This document shows positions 42,738 to 54,367 of a DNA stretch of 64,000 nt, piece after piece; positions within the stretch are counted from its first letter, which is position 1, and each line of letters opens with the position of its first letter. Below the pieces are notes generated by a model. The model was not told where the DNA came from and made no database searches. It worked only from the letters and a program-made list of their open reading frames with translations. The stretch covers positions 1-64,000 of the forward strand of contig CAVXZB010000064.1 of the NCBI GenBank assembly GCA_963765895.1, given 5' to 3'. This stretch comes from an uncultured Nitrososphaeraceae archaeon (GTDB taxonomy: Archaea > Thermoproteota > Nitrososphaeria > Nitrososphaerales > Nitrososphaeraceae). The position numbers and the translations under genes are program-made.

Positions 42738-43346
42738 TCACTTTACTATGACGAATGAATCAAATATTTTCTTTGCAATTGAATTATCGAATTGTCTTGA
42801 AGGAGCAGCTGAATATGTTAGAATATAATCTTTACCGTCTTTAAGTGTCCACACTTGCATCTGCTTTACCAATGTTTGGCCATCATTCAATTTGTAAATA
42901 ATCTGAATTGCTGGGTTAGCTGAAAGAGTTGTCCTATTTATCTGATCTAAAGTAAAGTTACTGAATTGATGGGCGAGCAAGGCGATACCTGCTGTAGTAT
43001 AATTCTGAAGCGATGTTCTGTTATTGGAGAGTTTACCAATTACTAAATTAACGTTTTGCGTATAGGCCGATATATTGTTGTATCCATAAGAGTACAGGTT
43101 TGCCACAATAGAATGATTTGAGATGTTTCCTATATTTTCAACTGAATTCCAATTGCTGGGATACTTTAATCTTATTCCATATTTTGGATTATCGTATGTC
43201 TTGAAGTCTTGCGCTGAAACTGGACTTGATGATTGATTTTTTACGGCCGCTGTAGCATAATCTAGGGTGACAACCTGCATATTTGAAACGCTGAAAAAAA
43301 ATAGAAAACTAATCAAGATAGTGAGCTGAAGCTTTAGTTGAACCAA
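42738..43346 (-). CDS. PsbP-related secreted protein
   Basis: Signal peptide; FKTYDNPKYGIRLKYPSNW ... YILTYSA ... IFDSF. Confidence 0.8.
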   Translation of the reverse strand: MVQLKLQLTILISFLFFFSVSNMQVVTLDYATAAVKNQSSSPVSAQDFKTYDNPKYGIRLKYPSNWNSVENIGNISNHSIVANLYSYGYNNISAYTQNVNLVIGKLSNNRTSLQNYTTAGIALLAHQFSNFTLDQINRTTLSANPAIQIIYKLNDGQTLVKQMQVWTLKDGKDYILTYSAAPSRQFDNSIAKKIFDSFVIVK

Positions 43347-43632
43347 ATCCGTCCTCTAATCAGAATCATAATCTAAGGTTATAAAAATGATCTACCTTGA
43401 TCTGTGTCACTGCTGGTATAGGATAATGTCGTAAGGCTATCTAACCCTTGCAAAATAGGATCTAAATTTCGAATGTTTAGAAAACCGTCTTATCTTTTCA
43501 TGACAAAACCTTAAAAGACTATTATAAGCACAATTCTTCATAATCAATCTTAAATTTAATTTATTTCTTGTTTGTAAGCAAGTAGTACTCATAGCGTATC
43601 TGACTGGTGTTCTTTGGTTACGAAGAAATCCG

Positions 43633-44298
43633 ATGTCAATGGTATTCTCTGCTCTGAGCCCATTTTCACTTCTTTTTGTGCTTTTCGTAGTTAGCAACGG
43701 CCAGTATGTGCAGTTTGCACTCGCGGGGAGTCTTGTCATGTCTCTTGTTGGATATGGTCTATCACTCGGCCAGGATATTTCGTTTTACAAAACTGAATAT
43801 AAAATCCAGGATATGTTTGTTGCCTCGCCGGTGTCCTCACTCACATATATGACTGGACTTGCCCTCTCAGAACTCCTATTTGGGCTGCCGGCATTAGGTG
43901 TTCTCGCTTTTCTTGTATTAAACTTTGGAACATCGCTTAGCGACCTGCCACTGCTGATTTCGACTATCTTTCTAGTATGGGGATCAATGTCAGCAATTGG
44001 ATTTTTTCTATCCTCACATATGCTGCACCTTAGGAATGCAACTCAAATCATATCGTTTGTAAATGTGGTTCTTGCAGTACTGCCTCCAGTTTACTATTCC
44101 ATAACAAGGCTTCCCGAAAATCTACAATATATTGCCTACCTGGTGCCTACTACACACGCATCCCTAATATTTCAGTCAATTATGGGCCTTCATACTCCAA
44201 AGGATTGGTCCATTCCAATGGGTCTATTCGTCCAAATTGTATATCTAATTGCATTCATCGTCTTAGCAAAAACGAAGGCGTTATGGAGAGAATTATGA
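43633..44298 (+). CDS. ABC-2 type transporter permease
   Basis: Multiple TM helices; PVYY..LP..LQ.IAYLVPTTHA; start probably slightly upstream. Confidence 0.85.
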   Translation: MSMVFSALSPFSLLFVLFVVSNGQYVQFALAGSLVMSLVGYGLSLGQDISFYKTEYKIQDMFVASPVSSLTYMTGLALSELLFGLPALGVLAFLVLNFGTSLSDLPLLISTIFLVWGSMSAIGFFLSSHMLHLRNATQIISFVNVVLAVLPPVYYSITRLPENLQYIAYLVPTTHASLIFQSIMGLHTPKDWSIPMGLFVQIVYLIAFIVLAKTKALWREL

Positions 44299-44646
44299 CT
44301 GGAATAAAATTAATCCCCACAAATCTTTAGTTCTAATTCAGTTTTCAACTAAATGAACAGAATTCCTTTGTACGGTGATGCCGTTATGAAATGAATCGCA
44401 CTCCGAAAATGATACTGCGCTCTATCGAGGATTTATTTGTTCTATTTTGAGATGTAATTAGTCAGGTAAGATCTATAACTAACCTATGTGGTTGGGATTA
44501 AGAATAGACAGTCGCCACTAATCTGAGCTATGCCTGAGCTAATGAAATTATGACGATCAGATTTTGATCTAAATTTCGCTTGTGGAGGATAGGCGAAGAT
44601 TTTTATTCTAGCGACGATGTTTTGACTTTTACAGGGATTAATTGAA

Positions 44647-44901
44647 TTGTCGTCTTCGCCATCGCAGCACCAACCGAAAAGGCCATTATCTACACTCCAG
44701 CGAGCAATAAACCGTAGAGTAGCGGTTAGATTAAAAAATGAGATAGAATATCGTGGAAAAATGAGCAACGTCGACTCCTACATGAATCTGATCCTAGTTG
44801 ATGCAGAAGAATTTAATGGCTCATCTGCTCTTGCGAATTATGGCAAGGTTGTAATACGCGGGAACAATGTCCTCTTCATAAATCTGGAGAAGGAATTTTG
44901 A
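44647..44901 (+). CDS. Lsm/Sm-like RNA-binding protein
   Basis: Sm1 VRLKN..YRG....DSYMNLIL.DAEE and Sm2 GKVVIRGNNV. Confidence 0.93.
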   Translation: MSSSPSQHQPKRPLSTLQRAINRRVAVRLKNEIEYRGKMSNVDSYMNLILVDAEEFNGSSALANYGKVVIRGNNVLFINLEKEF

Positions 44902-44943
44902 ACGAGTGGTAACAGTTAGAATACTTGGGTAGTAAATTCTGAA

Positions 44944-46089
44944 ATGGTTAGGAGATATCTTTTTACCTCCGAAAGCGTAACCGAGGGACATCCTGATAAG
45001 GTTTGTGACCAAGTCTCGGATTCAATACTCGATGAATTTCTTGCTGTAGACCCTAATGCTCGGGTCGCAGTCGAGGCAATGACCACAAAGGGCATAGTGC
45101 TTGTTGCAGGGGAAGTTAGTTCAAATGCTGGAGTAGATCTGCAAAAGGTCATTAGGAAAACGATTGGTGAAATTGGATATGACAGAGCAGAGCATGGTTT
45201 TGATAGTAATAGCTGCGCTGTCCTGACTTCGCTACAAGAGCAAAGCCCAGATATTTCTATGGGAGTAGATACGGGAGAAAATAAGGAACAAGGGGCTGGA
45301 GATCAGGGTATCATGTTTGGGTATGCTACGAATGAAACCACTGATTTAATGCCATTACCAATAGCAATGGCACACAAGCTATCGATGAAGCTCTCGCAAC
45401 TTCGAAGAAATAAGGAGATAGACTGGATTAGGCCAGATGGCAAGTCACAGGTTTCAGTTGTTTATGAAGATTCGAAGCCGTTAAGAATTGATTCTGTTGT
45501 CATATCGACGCAGCATTCTCCAGAGATAGGCTTGGATCAATTGAGACAGGAAGTCATTGACAAAATAATAATGGCCGTCTGCGGAAGCTGGCTTGACAGC
45601 AAAACCAAATTCTTCGTTAACCCAACTGGGAGATTTGTCATTGGCGGGCCTTCAGGGGATACCGGCTTAACAGGAAGAAAGGTTATAGCCGACACATATG
45701 GAGGAATGGGGAGACATGGCGGCGGTGCGTTCTCAGGAAAAGATCCATCCAAAGTAGATAGGTCAGGTTCTTATATGGCTCGATATATTGCAAAAAATAT
45801 AGTTGCATCAGGATTAGCGGATAGATGTGAGGTACAGATTGCATATGCAATCGGTGTTGCTGAACCTGTGTCTGTCATGGTTGACACGTTCAAGACCGGT
45901 ATACTACCAGAGGATCAGATAGAAGATAAAATCAGAAGAACTTTTGATATGCGCCCAGGATCCATAATCGAGAATTTGAATCTGAAAAGACCAATATACA
46001 AGAAGACTGCAGCGTATGGGCATTTCGGCCGAACAGATCCATCCTTTACGTGGGAAAAAGTCGACAGGCAGTCACTGTTGATAAAGTAA
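44944..46089 (+). CDS. metK: S-adenosylmethionine synthetase (bacterial/eukaryotic type)
   Basis: [36 protein letters not shown]. Confidence 0.96.
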   Translation: MVRRYLFTSESVTEGHPDKVCDQVSDSILDEFLAVDPNARVAVEAMTTKGIVLVAGEVSSNAGVDLQKVIRKTIGEIGYDRAEHGFDSNSCAVLTSLQEQSPDISMGVDTGENKEQGAGDQGIMFGYATNETTDLMPLPIAMAHKLSMKLSQLRRNKEIDWIRPDGKSQVSVVYEDSKPLRIDSVVISTQHSPEIGLDQLRQEVIDKIIMAVCGSWLDSKTKFFVNPTGRFVIGGPSGDTGLTGRKVIADTYGGMGRHGGGAFSGKDPSKVDRSGSYMARYIAKNIVASGLADRCEVQIAYAIGVAEPVSVMVDTFKTGILPEDQIEDKIRRTFDMRPGSIIENLNLKRPIYKKTAAYGHFGRTDPSFTWEKVDRQSLLIK

Positions 46090-46243
46090 CAAATACCTGT
46101 ACAAACTTTTATCCAATTGATTAATAGATGAATATGGAGGCGTTATGGGTGTAATGAATGATAAAAGTAGTGCAATGCTGTTTGAGGATGGTATTGAATA
46201 TATGATATGAGAGGTATATCTTTAGGACAACTGGAGATAATCT

Positions 46244-47458
46244 ATGAAAAATGATCAAGTGGCGGCTGGGTCAGAGAAGATGAATAAGGGCCAAATCGCT
46301 AGCGAGCACTTGGATCTGCAACGTATATCCAAAGATAAACCTGAAAAGCGAAATTTGAGAACTGGGTATACTACAGGAGCATCTGCCGCAGCCGCGACGA
46401 ATGCCTCATTGAAGTTACTTCTTTTTGGTGAGAAGGTTAAAGAAGCAGTTATCCTTTTACCAAATAAAAAACCTGCATGGCTTAAAATTGCCTGGAGCAA
46501 GCTAGAGTCCGACGGATCTGCTACAGCTGCAGTGATAAAGGATGGTGGAGATGATCCAGATGTAACAAATGGGGCTGAAATTTGCTCAACCGTCTCACTA
46601 ACGCGCGATGTAGGGGTTCTAGCCGTCGAGGGCGGTATTGGAGTTGGTAGAGTCACGAAACCAGGCCTTGGCTTGGAGATTGGGCGACCGGCAATTAATA
46701 GAGTACCGAAAAAAATGATTGAACAGGTAAGTTCTGAAATTGCTTCTGAAGTGCTTAAGAATAGCGGTGTCAAGATCACAATATCTGTCCCGGACGGTGA
46801 ACAGATTGCAAAAAAGACTGATAATCCTAGATTGGGCATAATCGGAGGTATTTCTATTTTAGGAACTACGGGTATTGTGTTTCCATATTCGACGGCGTCC
46901 TTTGCTGCATCAATAAAACAGAGTATTGATGTTGCAGTAGCTATGGGGACTAGTACAGTTATACTTAGTACCGGGTCAACTAGCGAAGATTATGCAAAAC
47001 TATTGTTCGGATCATCTTTGCCGGAGCATTCATTCATCCAAATAGGTGATTTTGTTGGATACGCTGTTAGACAATCTGCAACTAAGAAGATTTCCAAGGC
47101 CATCATCACCGGATTCATTGGAAAGCTAACTAAAATGGCAATGGGTGTTAGCCAAACTCATGTTAAGGGATCGCATGTCGATTTAAAATTTATGGCAGCT
47201 CTTGCGACGGAATGTAAATTGCCAGCAGACGCAATAGCAGAAATTGGAAAGGCAAATACAGCCAGGCATGTCGGAGAAATTGTTAGACGATACTCGAGAC
47301 AGGATTTTTTCGATAACCTGTGCAGGAAGGTATTCGAATTTCTGCGTAAGTATTCGAACTATGTCATCGAAATTGAGGTTGTTATGTTCGATTTTGATGG
47401 TACAGTATGTAGCAGATACCCCTACGAGAGTTCGGACAGGCTAAGTGCAGTTATATGA
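46244..47458 (+). CDS. cbiD: Cobalt-precorrin-5B C1-methyltransferase
   Basis: LRTGYTTG, KDGGDDPDVT, GVGRVTKPGL, NPRLGIIGGISILGTTGIV. Confidence 0.95.
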   Translation: MKNDQVAAGSEKMNKGQIASEHLDLQRISKDKPEKRNLRTGYTTGASAAAATNASLKLLLFGEKVKEAVILLPNKKPAWLKIAWSKLESDGSATAAVIKDGGDDPDVTNGAEICSTVSLTRDVGVLAVEGGIGVGRVTKPGLGLEIGRPAINRVPKKMIEQVSSEIASEVLKNSGVKITISVPDGEQIAKKTDNPRLGIIGGISILGTTGIVFPYSTASFAASIKQSIDVAVAMGTSTVILSTGSTSEDYAKLLFGSSLPEHSFIQIGDFVGYAVRQSATKKISKAIITGFIGKLTKMAMGVSQTHVKGSHVDLKFMAALATECKLPADAIAEIGKANTARHVGEIVRRYSRQDFFDNLCRKVFEFLRKYSNYVIEIEVVMFDFDGTVCSRYPYESSDRLSAVI

Positions 47459-47813
47459 ACTCAACCAGTAGGATAATAGCTACAGGGAATTGGCCAGTTA
47501 GAGTGGGAAATGGCAATACGGCAATTCTAAGTTATCCAAGCACCATTTTTTTAAATTCTACGATCGAATGTAAAATAATTGGTATAGGTATGGCTCTTTT
47601 AATGATTTCTGCAAGACTACAATCAAGATAAACATCAGTATCCCGTTAAAGATTTGTTTTAGATATATTTTTGAATCGGAGAAAGATACTAGTTAGATCG
47701 GTCCAAGTACTCCTTAAACAATAACTTGACGTAATGTCAAAATGTGTGGCATATTTTCGATAGAGAATCTTTTTGCGCCGGTCTATCTATTTTGCTCTAT
47801 TCACTGATATATG

Positions 47814-48449
47814 CTACAGCTGAGAATTATTTCTTTGTATTAACATCAACGCATTAATTATTGACGCAGCAACTGAACTTCCGCCTTTTCTTCCTATATT
47901 GCTTATTAAAGGAACATCTAACCCAAGTAGATCTATTTTCGATTCCGATGCAGAGACAAATCCAACTGGTGTACCAATTATGAGTGCAGGGATCGAAGCA
48001 TTCTCCCGTACCATATCGATCACTTCAAGTAATGAACTGGGTGCATTGCCTACTATTACGATCCCTCCATTTATTTCCGAACTTGCATAACGCATAGCTA
48101 ACTGGGCTCGAGTCTTATTTGATTTTATTGAGTTTTCTATCACACTTTCTTTAGAAATGTGACACGACACCTTCAGGCCAAGACTTTTGATGGAATTTTT
48201 ATTGATACCTGAAACGACCATATCTACGTCGGCTACAATTGCACATTTTCTCTCTATTGCCTTAAGGGCCAAACTTATAGGCTCATTACGAAAAATGATC
48301 CTATTTTTACCAGCAAAATCAAAGTCTGCAGTAGAATGAATAACTCTACGTACTATGTTCCATTCCGACTGGGAATATTCGTGTTGACCGACTTCCGCAT
48401 CTATAATTTGGAAACTTCTTTGCTCTATACTGAGGGACTTGTCTGACAT
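47814..48449 (-). CDS. cbiC: Precorrin-8X methylmutase
   Basis: RRVIHSTADF, GNAPSSL, PVGFVSASESK, GRKGGS.VAASIINAL. Confidence 0.93.
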   Translation of the reverse strand: MSDKSLSIEQRSFQIIDAEVGQHEYSQSEWNIVRRVIHSTADFDFAGKNRIIFRNEPISLALKAIERKCAIVADVDMVVSGINKNSIKSLGLKVSCHISKESVIENSIKSNKTRAQLAMRYASSEINGGIVIVGNAPSSLLEVIDMVRENASIPALIIGTPVGFVSASESKIDLLGLDVPLISNIGRKGGSSVAASIINALMLIQRNNSQL

Positions 48450-48480
48450 TCCCCTTAATTTAGAAGAATCACTCGAGTTC

Positions 48481-49248
48481 TTAAAATCCAGCTCTTTCTT
48501 CTACCTCTTTTGCTCGTTCCAATATTAAGTCGACTATTTTATCATCTACACCTAAGTGTTTTCCCACATACGCATTGTTGAAGCCGGAATTCTCAAGGGA
48601 TCCCTTGATGTCAAGGACCAGATCACGTTTTATATGGATCCCCCGATGAAGAAAATAAGGGATCAGAATCAGGATATTCGGAGACTTTAAAAGTGCTAAT
48701 TCGATTCCTTCAGCTATAGATGGGTGTTCCAATTCTAGGAAACAGAACTCAACATTCCGGAAGTACGGTCTTAGTGCATTAACGACATATAGTAGAGCTT
48801 GTCTAGCGCTTCTGTCGCTACTTCCATGTCCTATCAACATGATATCACAATTAGAGTTTTCATAGCTGATCTGATGTTCCATCTTAGCTTGCCCAATTCT
48901 TTCCAGGATTATTTGAGGCATAATGGAATGAAAGGTCAATGGTCTTGCAATTGCCATCTTTATATTTTTAGTGGCGCAAATTTGAGCTGATATTTTGACA
49001 GATTCCTTTAATTTCAGTCCAGGATAAAGAAAGTAGGGCAAAATAGTAATTGAATCTGCTCCGTTTTCAATGCACGATTTAATGCCTTCATTGATGAATG
49101 GAGGAACAACTTCCAAAAAACAATAATTAGCATATTTATAATCTGCCCTAGAGAGTAACATCGAACAAATAGATCCAAGTTCATCTCTTACCTCTATCTC
49201 TTTGCTTCCCCTATCGATCATCAAAAGGGCCTTCTTCAATTTAATCAA
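48481..49248 (-). CDS. cbiX: Sirohydrochlorin cobaltochelatase, two-domain CbiX
   Basis: Duplicated (D/G)xGS..FLE..P..PYFL motifs; GHGS and GIHIKRD in second domain. Confidence 0.88.
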   Translation of the reverse strand: MIKLKKALLMIDRGSKEIEVRDELGSICSMLLSRADYKYANYCFLEVVPPFINEGIKSCIENGADSITILPYFLYPGLKLKESVKISAQICATKNIKMAIARPLTFHSIMPQIILERIGQAKMEHQISYENSNCDIMLIGHGSSDRSARQALLYVVNALRPYFRNVEFCFLELEHPSIAEGIELALLKSPNILILIPYFLHRGIHIKRDLVLDIKGSLENSGFNNAYVGKHLGVDDKIVDLILERAKEVEERAGF

Positions 49249-50320
49249 ACCTTACTCTGGCTACAGCGATGGTAAGATTGGGTGGAAGTTTCTGCTTTGG
49301 GACGATGAGGACTCCCTGTGAACTAAGGATTGCAGATGACTCGGCAACACTAAATGTGCCTTCAAATTTATTTACAATTTCCGACGGATTAGGTACTGGA
49401 ATAGAAGCCAATTCCTCTTTGCTAAACATTTGTACAGGAATCTTATAATCTGAGGAGAATTCATGTAAACCGCTTATTTTCTTGTCTCTCTGAAGAGTTG
49501 AAATATTTCTAATACTTCTAAGACTCAACTCATTTTTTTGCATCAAATCTTCAATACTCTCTGAAATAGTATTCTTATTAGTGTCCCAATGTAGACCCAC
49601 TCCAACCACCAAACTCTTTGGTCTATATATAACTGATTTTTCAAGTATATCGGGATCTTTTATAACCTTTTCCGATATGACAAGACCTCCTTTGAATTCG
49701 GGAGCCCAAAGTTCCTTGAGATCCTCGACCCTGCTAACGTTATTCGGAAGCTTGCCTTTGTACCACTTTTTCTGACCCGCATCCTGAAAAATTCCAATTT
49801 TTTCCTCATTGACCATCATAGCGCTAACCTTTGTGATATTTTCATAATTTTCAATCTCCCAGCCATATTCTCTGCCTACAAGGTCCACTGCTATAGTTTC
49901 ATTTACATCAGCAGCAGTCGTTATGACAGGTTTTGCACCAGGAAAGTATGTTGCAATTTGCTCGGCCATAGAATTGGCACCTCCTAAATGGCCCGATAGA
50001 GCACTAATTACAAAGTTTGCCTTATCGTCAATAACTAAAATAGCAGGATCGGTCTTCTTATCGCCAATATGGGGTGAAATTAATCTAATTACAGCTCCTA
50101 ATGAAAAGATACATATCAATGCTCGGCTAGTTTTGAATAAATTTTGGACGATCTTTGAAGTTTGCTCGGTAAACCAAACGATCTCGTTGTCGGAATCATT
50201 GAATTTTGCTGGTGAGTAGACTTTAATGCCTTTTAGATTTCTTTTGATAACTCGCGCTATATCCAACCCGTGTTTTGTAATAGCTAGTACCGCAATATCT
50301 TTATCCAAATACTCTGACAA
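49241..50320 (-). CDS. cbiG: Cobalt-precorrin-5A hydrolase
   Basis: DKKTDPAILVID, SGHLGGAN, PVITTA, SVAESSA. Confidence 0.92.
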   Translation of the reverse strand: MSEYLDKDIAVLAITKHGLDIARVIKRNLKGIKVYSPAKFNDSDNEIVWFTEQTSKIVQNLFKTSRALICIFSLGAVIRLISPHIGDKKTDPAILVIDDKANFVISALSGHLGGANSMAEQIATYFPGAKPVITTAADVNETIAVDLVGREYGWEIENYENITKVSAMMVNEEKIGIFQDAGQKKWYKGKLPNNVSRVEDLKELWAPEFKGGLVISEKVIKDPDILEKSVIYRPKSLVVGVGLHWDTNKNTISESIEDLMQKNELSLRSIRNISTLQRDKKISGLHEFSSDYKIPVQMFSKEELASIPVPNPSEIVNKFEGTFSVAESSAILSSQGVLIVPKQKLPPNLTIAVARVRFD

Positions 50321-50507
50321 TCACTTCATAGACCTTCCAGGCTTAAAATAACCTTTTGGTGAAAAATTAGTCTTCCAACAATATTGCCAAGACACGATGC
50401 TGGAATTTGAGAAGTATATTAATATTATTTTGCTTGCATTCTTCTAACCAAGTTAATAAGTCTTGATAATTAAATAGTACGGATACAGAATAGCGTAATA
50501 AGTCAAG

Positions 50508-50966
50508 ATGAAAGAAATATCCACAGAAATAATCATTCAGGGCTCTAGTGCAGATGTTTGGAATGTGCTGACGGATTTTCGAAGCTATCCTAGGTGGAAT
50601 CCCTTCATAAAGGAAATTAGGGGGGATCTAATAGTCGGATCTAAGTTAGAATTAAAAATAGTAACGCCTAAAAAAAAGATAAGAACATACAATCCTGTGG
50701 TTACTGTAGTTACTCCGAATAGTGAGCTAAGATGGTATGGAAGGGCTTTTATGCCAGGTATATTGGATGGCGAACGTATTTTTAAAATTAGTCATAACGG
50801 CAGTCAGTCGGTCCGCTTTGAACATAAGGAAATATTTAGCGGATTAGGTGCTTTAATAGGGAGTAGATTTTTAGTAAAGGACGTTTTCGAGAGCGAGAAC
50901 AACATGAATACAGCCCTTAAGCTGGAAGTTGAATCCAAAAATAAGACAATGACAGAATTAAGGTAG
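50508..50966 (+). CDS. SRPBCC (START-like) domain protein
   Basis: VWNVLTDF.SYPRWNPFI ... ELRW.G ... DGE..F ... MN.ALK. Confidence 0.85.
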   Translation: MKEISTEIIIQGSSADVWNVLTDFRSYPRWNPFIKEIRGDLIVGSKLELKIVTPKKKIRTYNPVVTVVTPNSELRWYGRAFMPGILDGERIFKISHNGSQSVRFEHKEIFSGLGALIGSRFLVKDVFESENNMNTALKLEVESKNKTMTELR

Positions 50967-51139
50967 TTAAATGATTTAGATGACCTATCAACACTAATGT
51001 ATCGATTAAAATTTTGGCCAACCTATTCCACCCATCGGAAAGTCAAATGATAATGTCATTAACCTACTAATTTAGCTCTGATTATATCGTAGAAAATCTG
51101 CTTCTATTTGATAAGATAATTCTGAAATGGGAAGCTTGA

Positions 51140-52520
51140 CTATTTTCCCCTATATGCCCGAAAACATGCTACCAGACGCTTTAGCAACAGCTCATTAGAA
51201 AAATGGAGATGGGTGTAGGATGCAAGACACTTGTATACCACAAATCCGTCAAGATTATTAGATATTCCCGAACCTCGAGTCAATTGAAATGCGAATTTTG
51301 AGTCTTCTGCAATATTTTTTATACTGGAATAATGGAATTCATGTCCCCTTATTGTTTCGATTTTTCCCAAAATTGAACCATTTGAATGTGCTTCTGTATA
51401 ATTTAGTGTGAGCTTCGAACCCATTTGGGTTTCTGCGTCTATTAGTCCAACCATACGGCACTTCGCACCGCTATCCTCATTATTCTCACGCAAAGACTTG
51501 GTGAGGTACATCAGTCCTCCACACTCTGCTAATATAGGCAGTCCTTCTTCGGCCGATTTTTTTATCGACTGCATTATCGACCTGTTTGTCTCCAGTCTTT
51601 TTGCCATAATCTCAGGGAAGCCTCCGCCGATGATAAGACCAGCAATATTTTCAGGCAATTCTTTATCGTGGAGCGGGCTAAAGTAGACCAACTCCAGTTT
51701 ATTTTCTCTAAGTAGTTGCAAATTGTCAAAGTAATAGAAATTAAAGGACTCATCGAGCGCAACTGCAATTCTTAAATCTGTATTATACTCTTGTGTCTTT
51801 TGTTTATTAGACAAGGATTTCGAAGCTATTTTCCAGTTATTTGTTAATCGATCAAAATGGATTTTCTCAGAAACTCGCTTTGCATTAGTTAACAGCCGGG
51901 CCTTACTAAAAGAATCTAACTCCGCTGTGGGGATTAAACCGAGATGCCTCTCGGTATCTTTCAACTCTTGATCTCGTCTAATTATTCCGATAATCGGAAT
52001 TTTGACCTTTTCTGTAAAGGCCTCTTTAAGGATCCTTTCATGTTTATCGCTAGCTACATTGTTTAAAACCACCCCTGTTATTCTTAGATCCCTATCAAAA
52101 TTTTGGAAACCCAGTGCGATCGCAGCTACAGAACGACCTGCCTTACCACAGTCTATAACCAAGATTACTTCAGCTCCTAGCAATTTTGCTAAGGCTCCAG
52201 TGCTCGCCTTGTTCATCCTTACCAGAGATCCCATCGAATAGTCCCATTACTCCTTCGATAACAGCTACGTCTGCATCAGAACAGGCTTTATCAAACGACT
52301 TCAAAACACCAACTTCTCCCATCATCCATACATCTAGATTTCGCGATTGTCTTCCTGTAATGTGTGTATGATAGCTCGGATCAATAAAATCCGGACCTAC
52401 CTTGAAAGGCTGTACTATCAAACCTTGTTTTTTCAAGCCATACATAAAAGCAGCAGTAACGGTGGTTTTACCAACACCGCTAGTTACCCCAGCAATAACC
52501 AATTTGGGTATGCCTGACAA
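51140..52520 (-). CDS. cbiA: Cobyrinate a,c-diamide synthase (frameshift near 52208)
   Basis: SGVGKTT, FKVGPDFIDP, IEGVMGLFDG, ERHLGL, AECGGLMYL, GHEFHYS, ASYTHLHF. Confidence 0.92.
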
Positions 52521-52705
52521 TACGTAAAGAGAGGAGCCTTTTTTATTTTTACCTATCGAATATTCTCCAAATCAGTTGTTAACAAATCACATAGCACTAC
52601 TATAATTCAAATTTGTAAATCCAGGGCCCTAGGGTCTATATTTCCACCCTTCAGAAGTTGCTTCGAGAAATCAGGTTGATCCTTGTCATTTTATGGCAAG
52701 TCAGA

Positions 52706-54359
52706 TTAGGCCGTTACTTCATTTCTGGCAACAGGCCTTTTTATCTTTCTTAATTTCACATTGTAAGCGAGCCCGAATCTATGTACTTCATCCCGTGCTA
52801 GTTGTACAATTTTCAGTGCAGCGCTACCTTTTGACAATTTTATCTCCTTGTCATTTTCTCGGGAATAGATTGTTTCCTCTGCCTTTGCAATCGATACACA
52901 TGGAATGTCTAACCCTAATCGTTCAATAGCATTTGCTCCTGCATGCAACTGTCCCTTTCCTCCATCAATCACGATTAGATCAGGTAGTTGATCTTGGTTA
53001 TCCTTTTGATCTACTGCTGGAGAATATCTTCTGGTAACAATTTCATAAATCATGGCAACGTCGTTCTGAGCGACACCAAGCTTTATCTTAAACCGTCTAT
53101 ATCCAGCTTTGTAGGGTCTGCCGTTTACTAGTCTCGAACATGCTCCAACTGCATACGAAGTCCCAAAGTTTGATATGTCGAAGCAATCTATAATGTTGGG
53201 AACATTGGATAAATTAAGTACAGTCCTTAATTCAGAAACACCTGGATCAGATTTGTTCTGAATACGAAGATCAATATTCTTTAGTATAAGATCCATTAAC
53301 TGTCCTTTTACAGAACTAGAATGTGGGTTAATCTTTATTATAGTCACTTTGTGACCTGCAGTTTCTCTAAGAGAAGATTCTAAAACTGATTTTGATTCAA
53401 CATTCTCGCTTACGTATATATAAGCAGGTACCACTTTTGCAGTGGAGTAATACTGAAATAGGAATGAATCCAACGAGTTATCTCCAACAAGCTCAAATTC
53501 AAACCATTTTTTGTCGCTAATAACACCCCGGGATCTTCTAAACATCATGACGTAAGCAATACCATCTTCGAGTTCATTTCGTATGCCAACATATTCTTCT
53601 TCTCGATTTGTATATTGCACCGATTCTACTTTCTGCTTTATTTGAAGATTATCCAGTTTCTGCAGCATGTCGCGGATTTCTTTTGCCCTCTCGGTACTGT
53701 TCTTGATGAGACGCAATACTCATTTGGGATTTCATATCACTTATAAAACCTTCAATCCCTTCTTTTCCGCTTAGTATATTCCGTAATGTTTGAACATTTT
53801 TGTCGTATTCAAACGAAGTAACATTGTTTATACACGGTGCATCACAATTTTTTATAAAAAACTCAAGACATGGACTTTTAGGCAATTTGTTACAGACTCT
53901 AATCTTAAATAATTTTCTTAACAGTCCTACGCTGAGGAATTTAGAACCACCATGGACCAATGGACCATATATTTCTCCTCCTTCTCCATAGAATTTTCCG
54001 TTCCTGTTGCGCCTAGCCACTAAAAGACGAGGAAACTTCTCATCTGTTATCTTAAGATAGGCATACCGCTGTTGGTCCTTGAGCTCAATATTAAAAAGTG
54101 GTCTATATCTTTTTATTAGATTAGACTCCAAAAGAAATGCTTCAGCCTCGTTGTCCGTAACAATATAATCTAAATCCTCCACCTTAGAGACCAGTCTCGA
54201 GGTTTTCCAAAATATTTCTTTTTTCTCAACAAAGTAGGAACTAACTCGTTTTTTCAGATTTTTGGCTTTACCAATATAAATAACTCTCCCGCCTTTTTCT
54301 TTCATCAGATATACTCCGGGAGCTTGCGGGATCTGTTTCAATCTAGGAGTGACTTGCAC
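52706..54359 (-). CDS. uvrC: Excinuclease ABC subunit C (frameshift near 53692; no C-terminal HhH pair)
   Basis: GIY-YIG PGVYLM..IYIGKAKNL, Cys cluster, RNase H-like CFDISN, DLIVIDGGKGQL, RDEVHRF. Confidence 0.92.
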
Positions 54360-54367
54360 AGAATTGC

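Noticed and set aside
46090-52700. Cobalamin riboswitch in cbi intergenic regions
   Set aside because: No B12-box or conserved core visible; the intergenic regions are AT-rich
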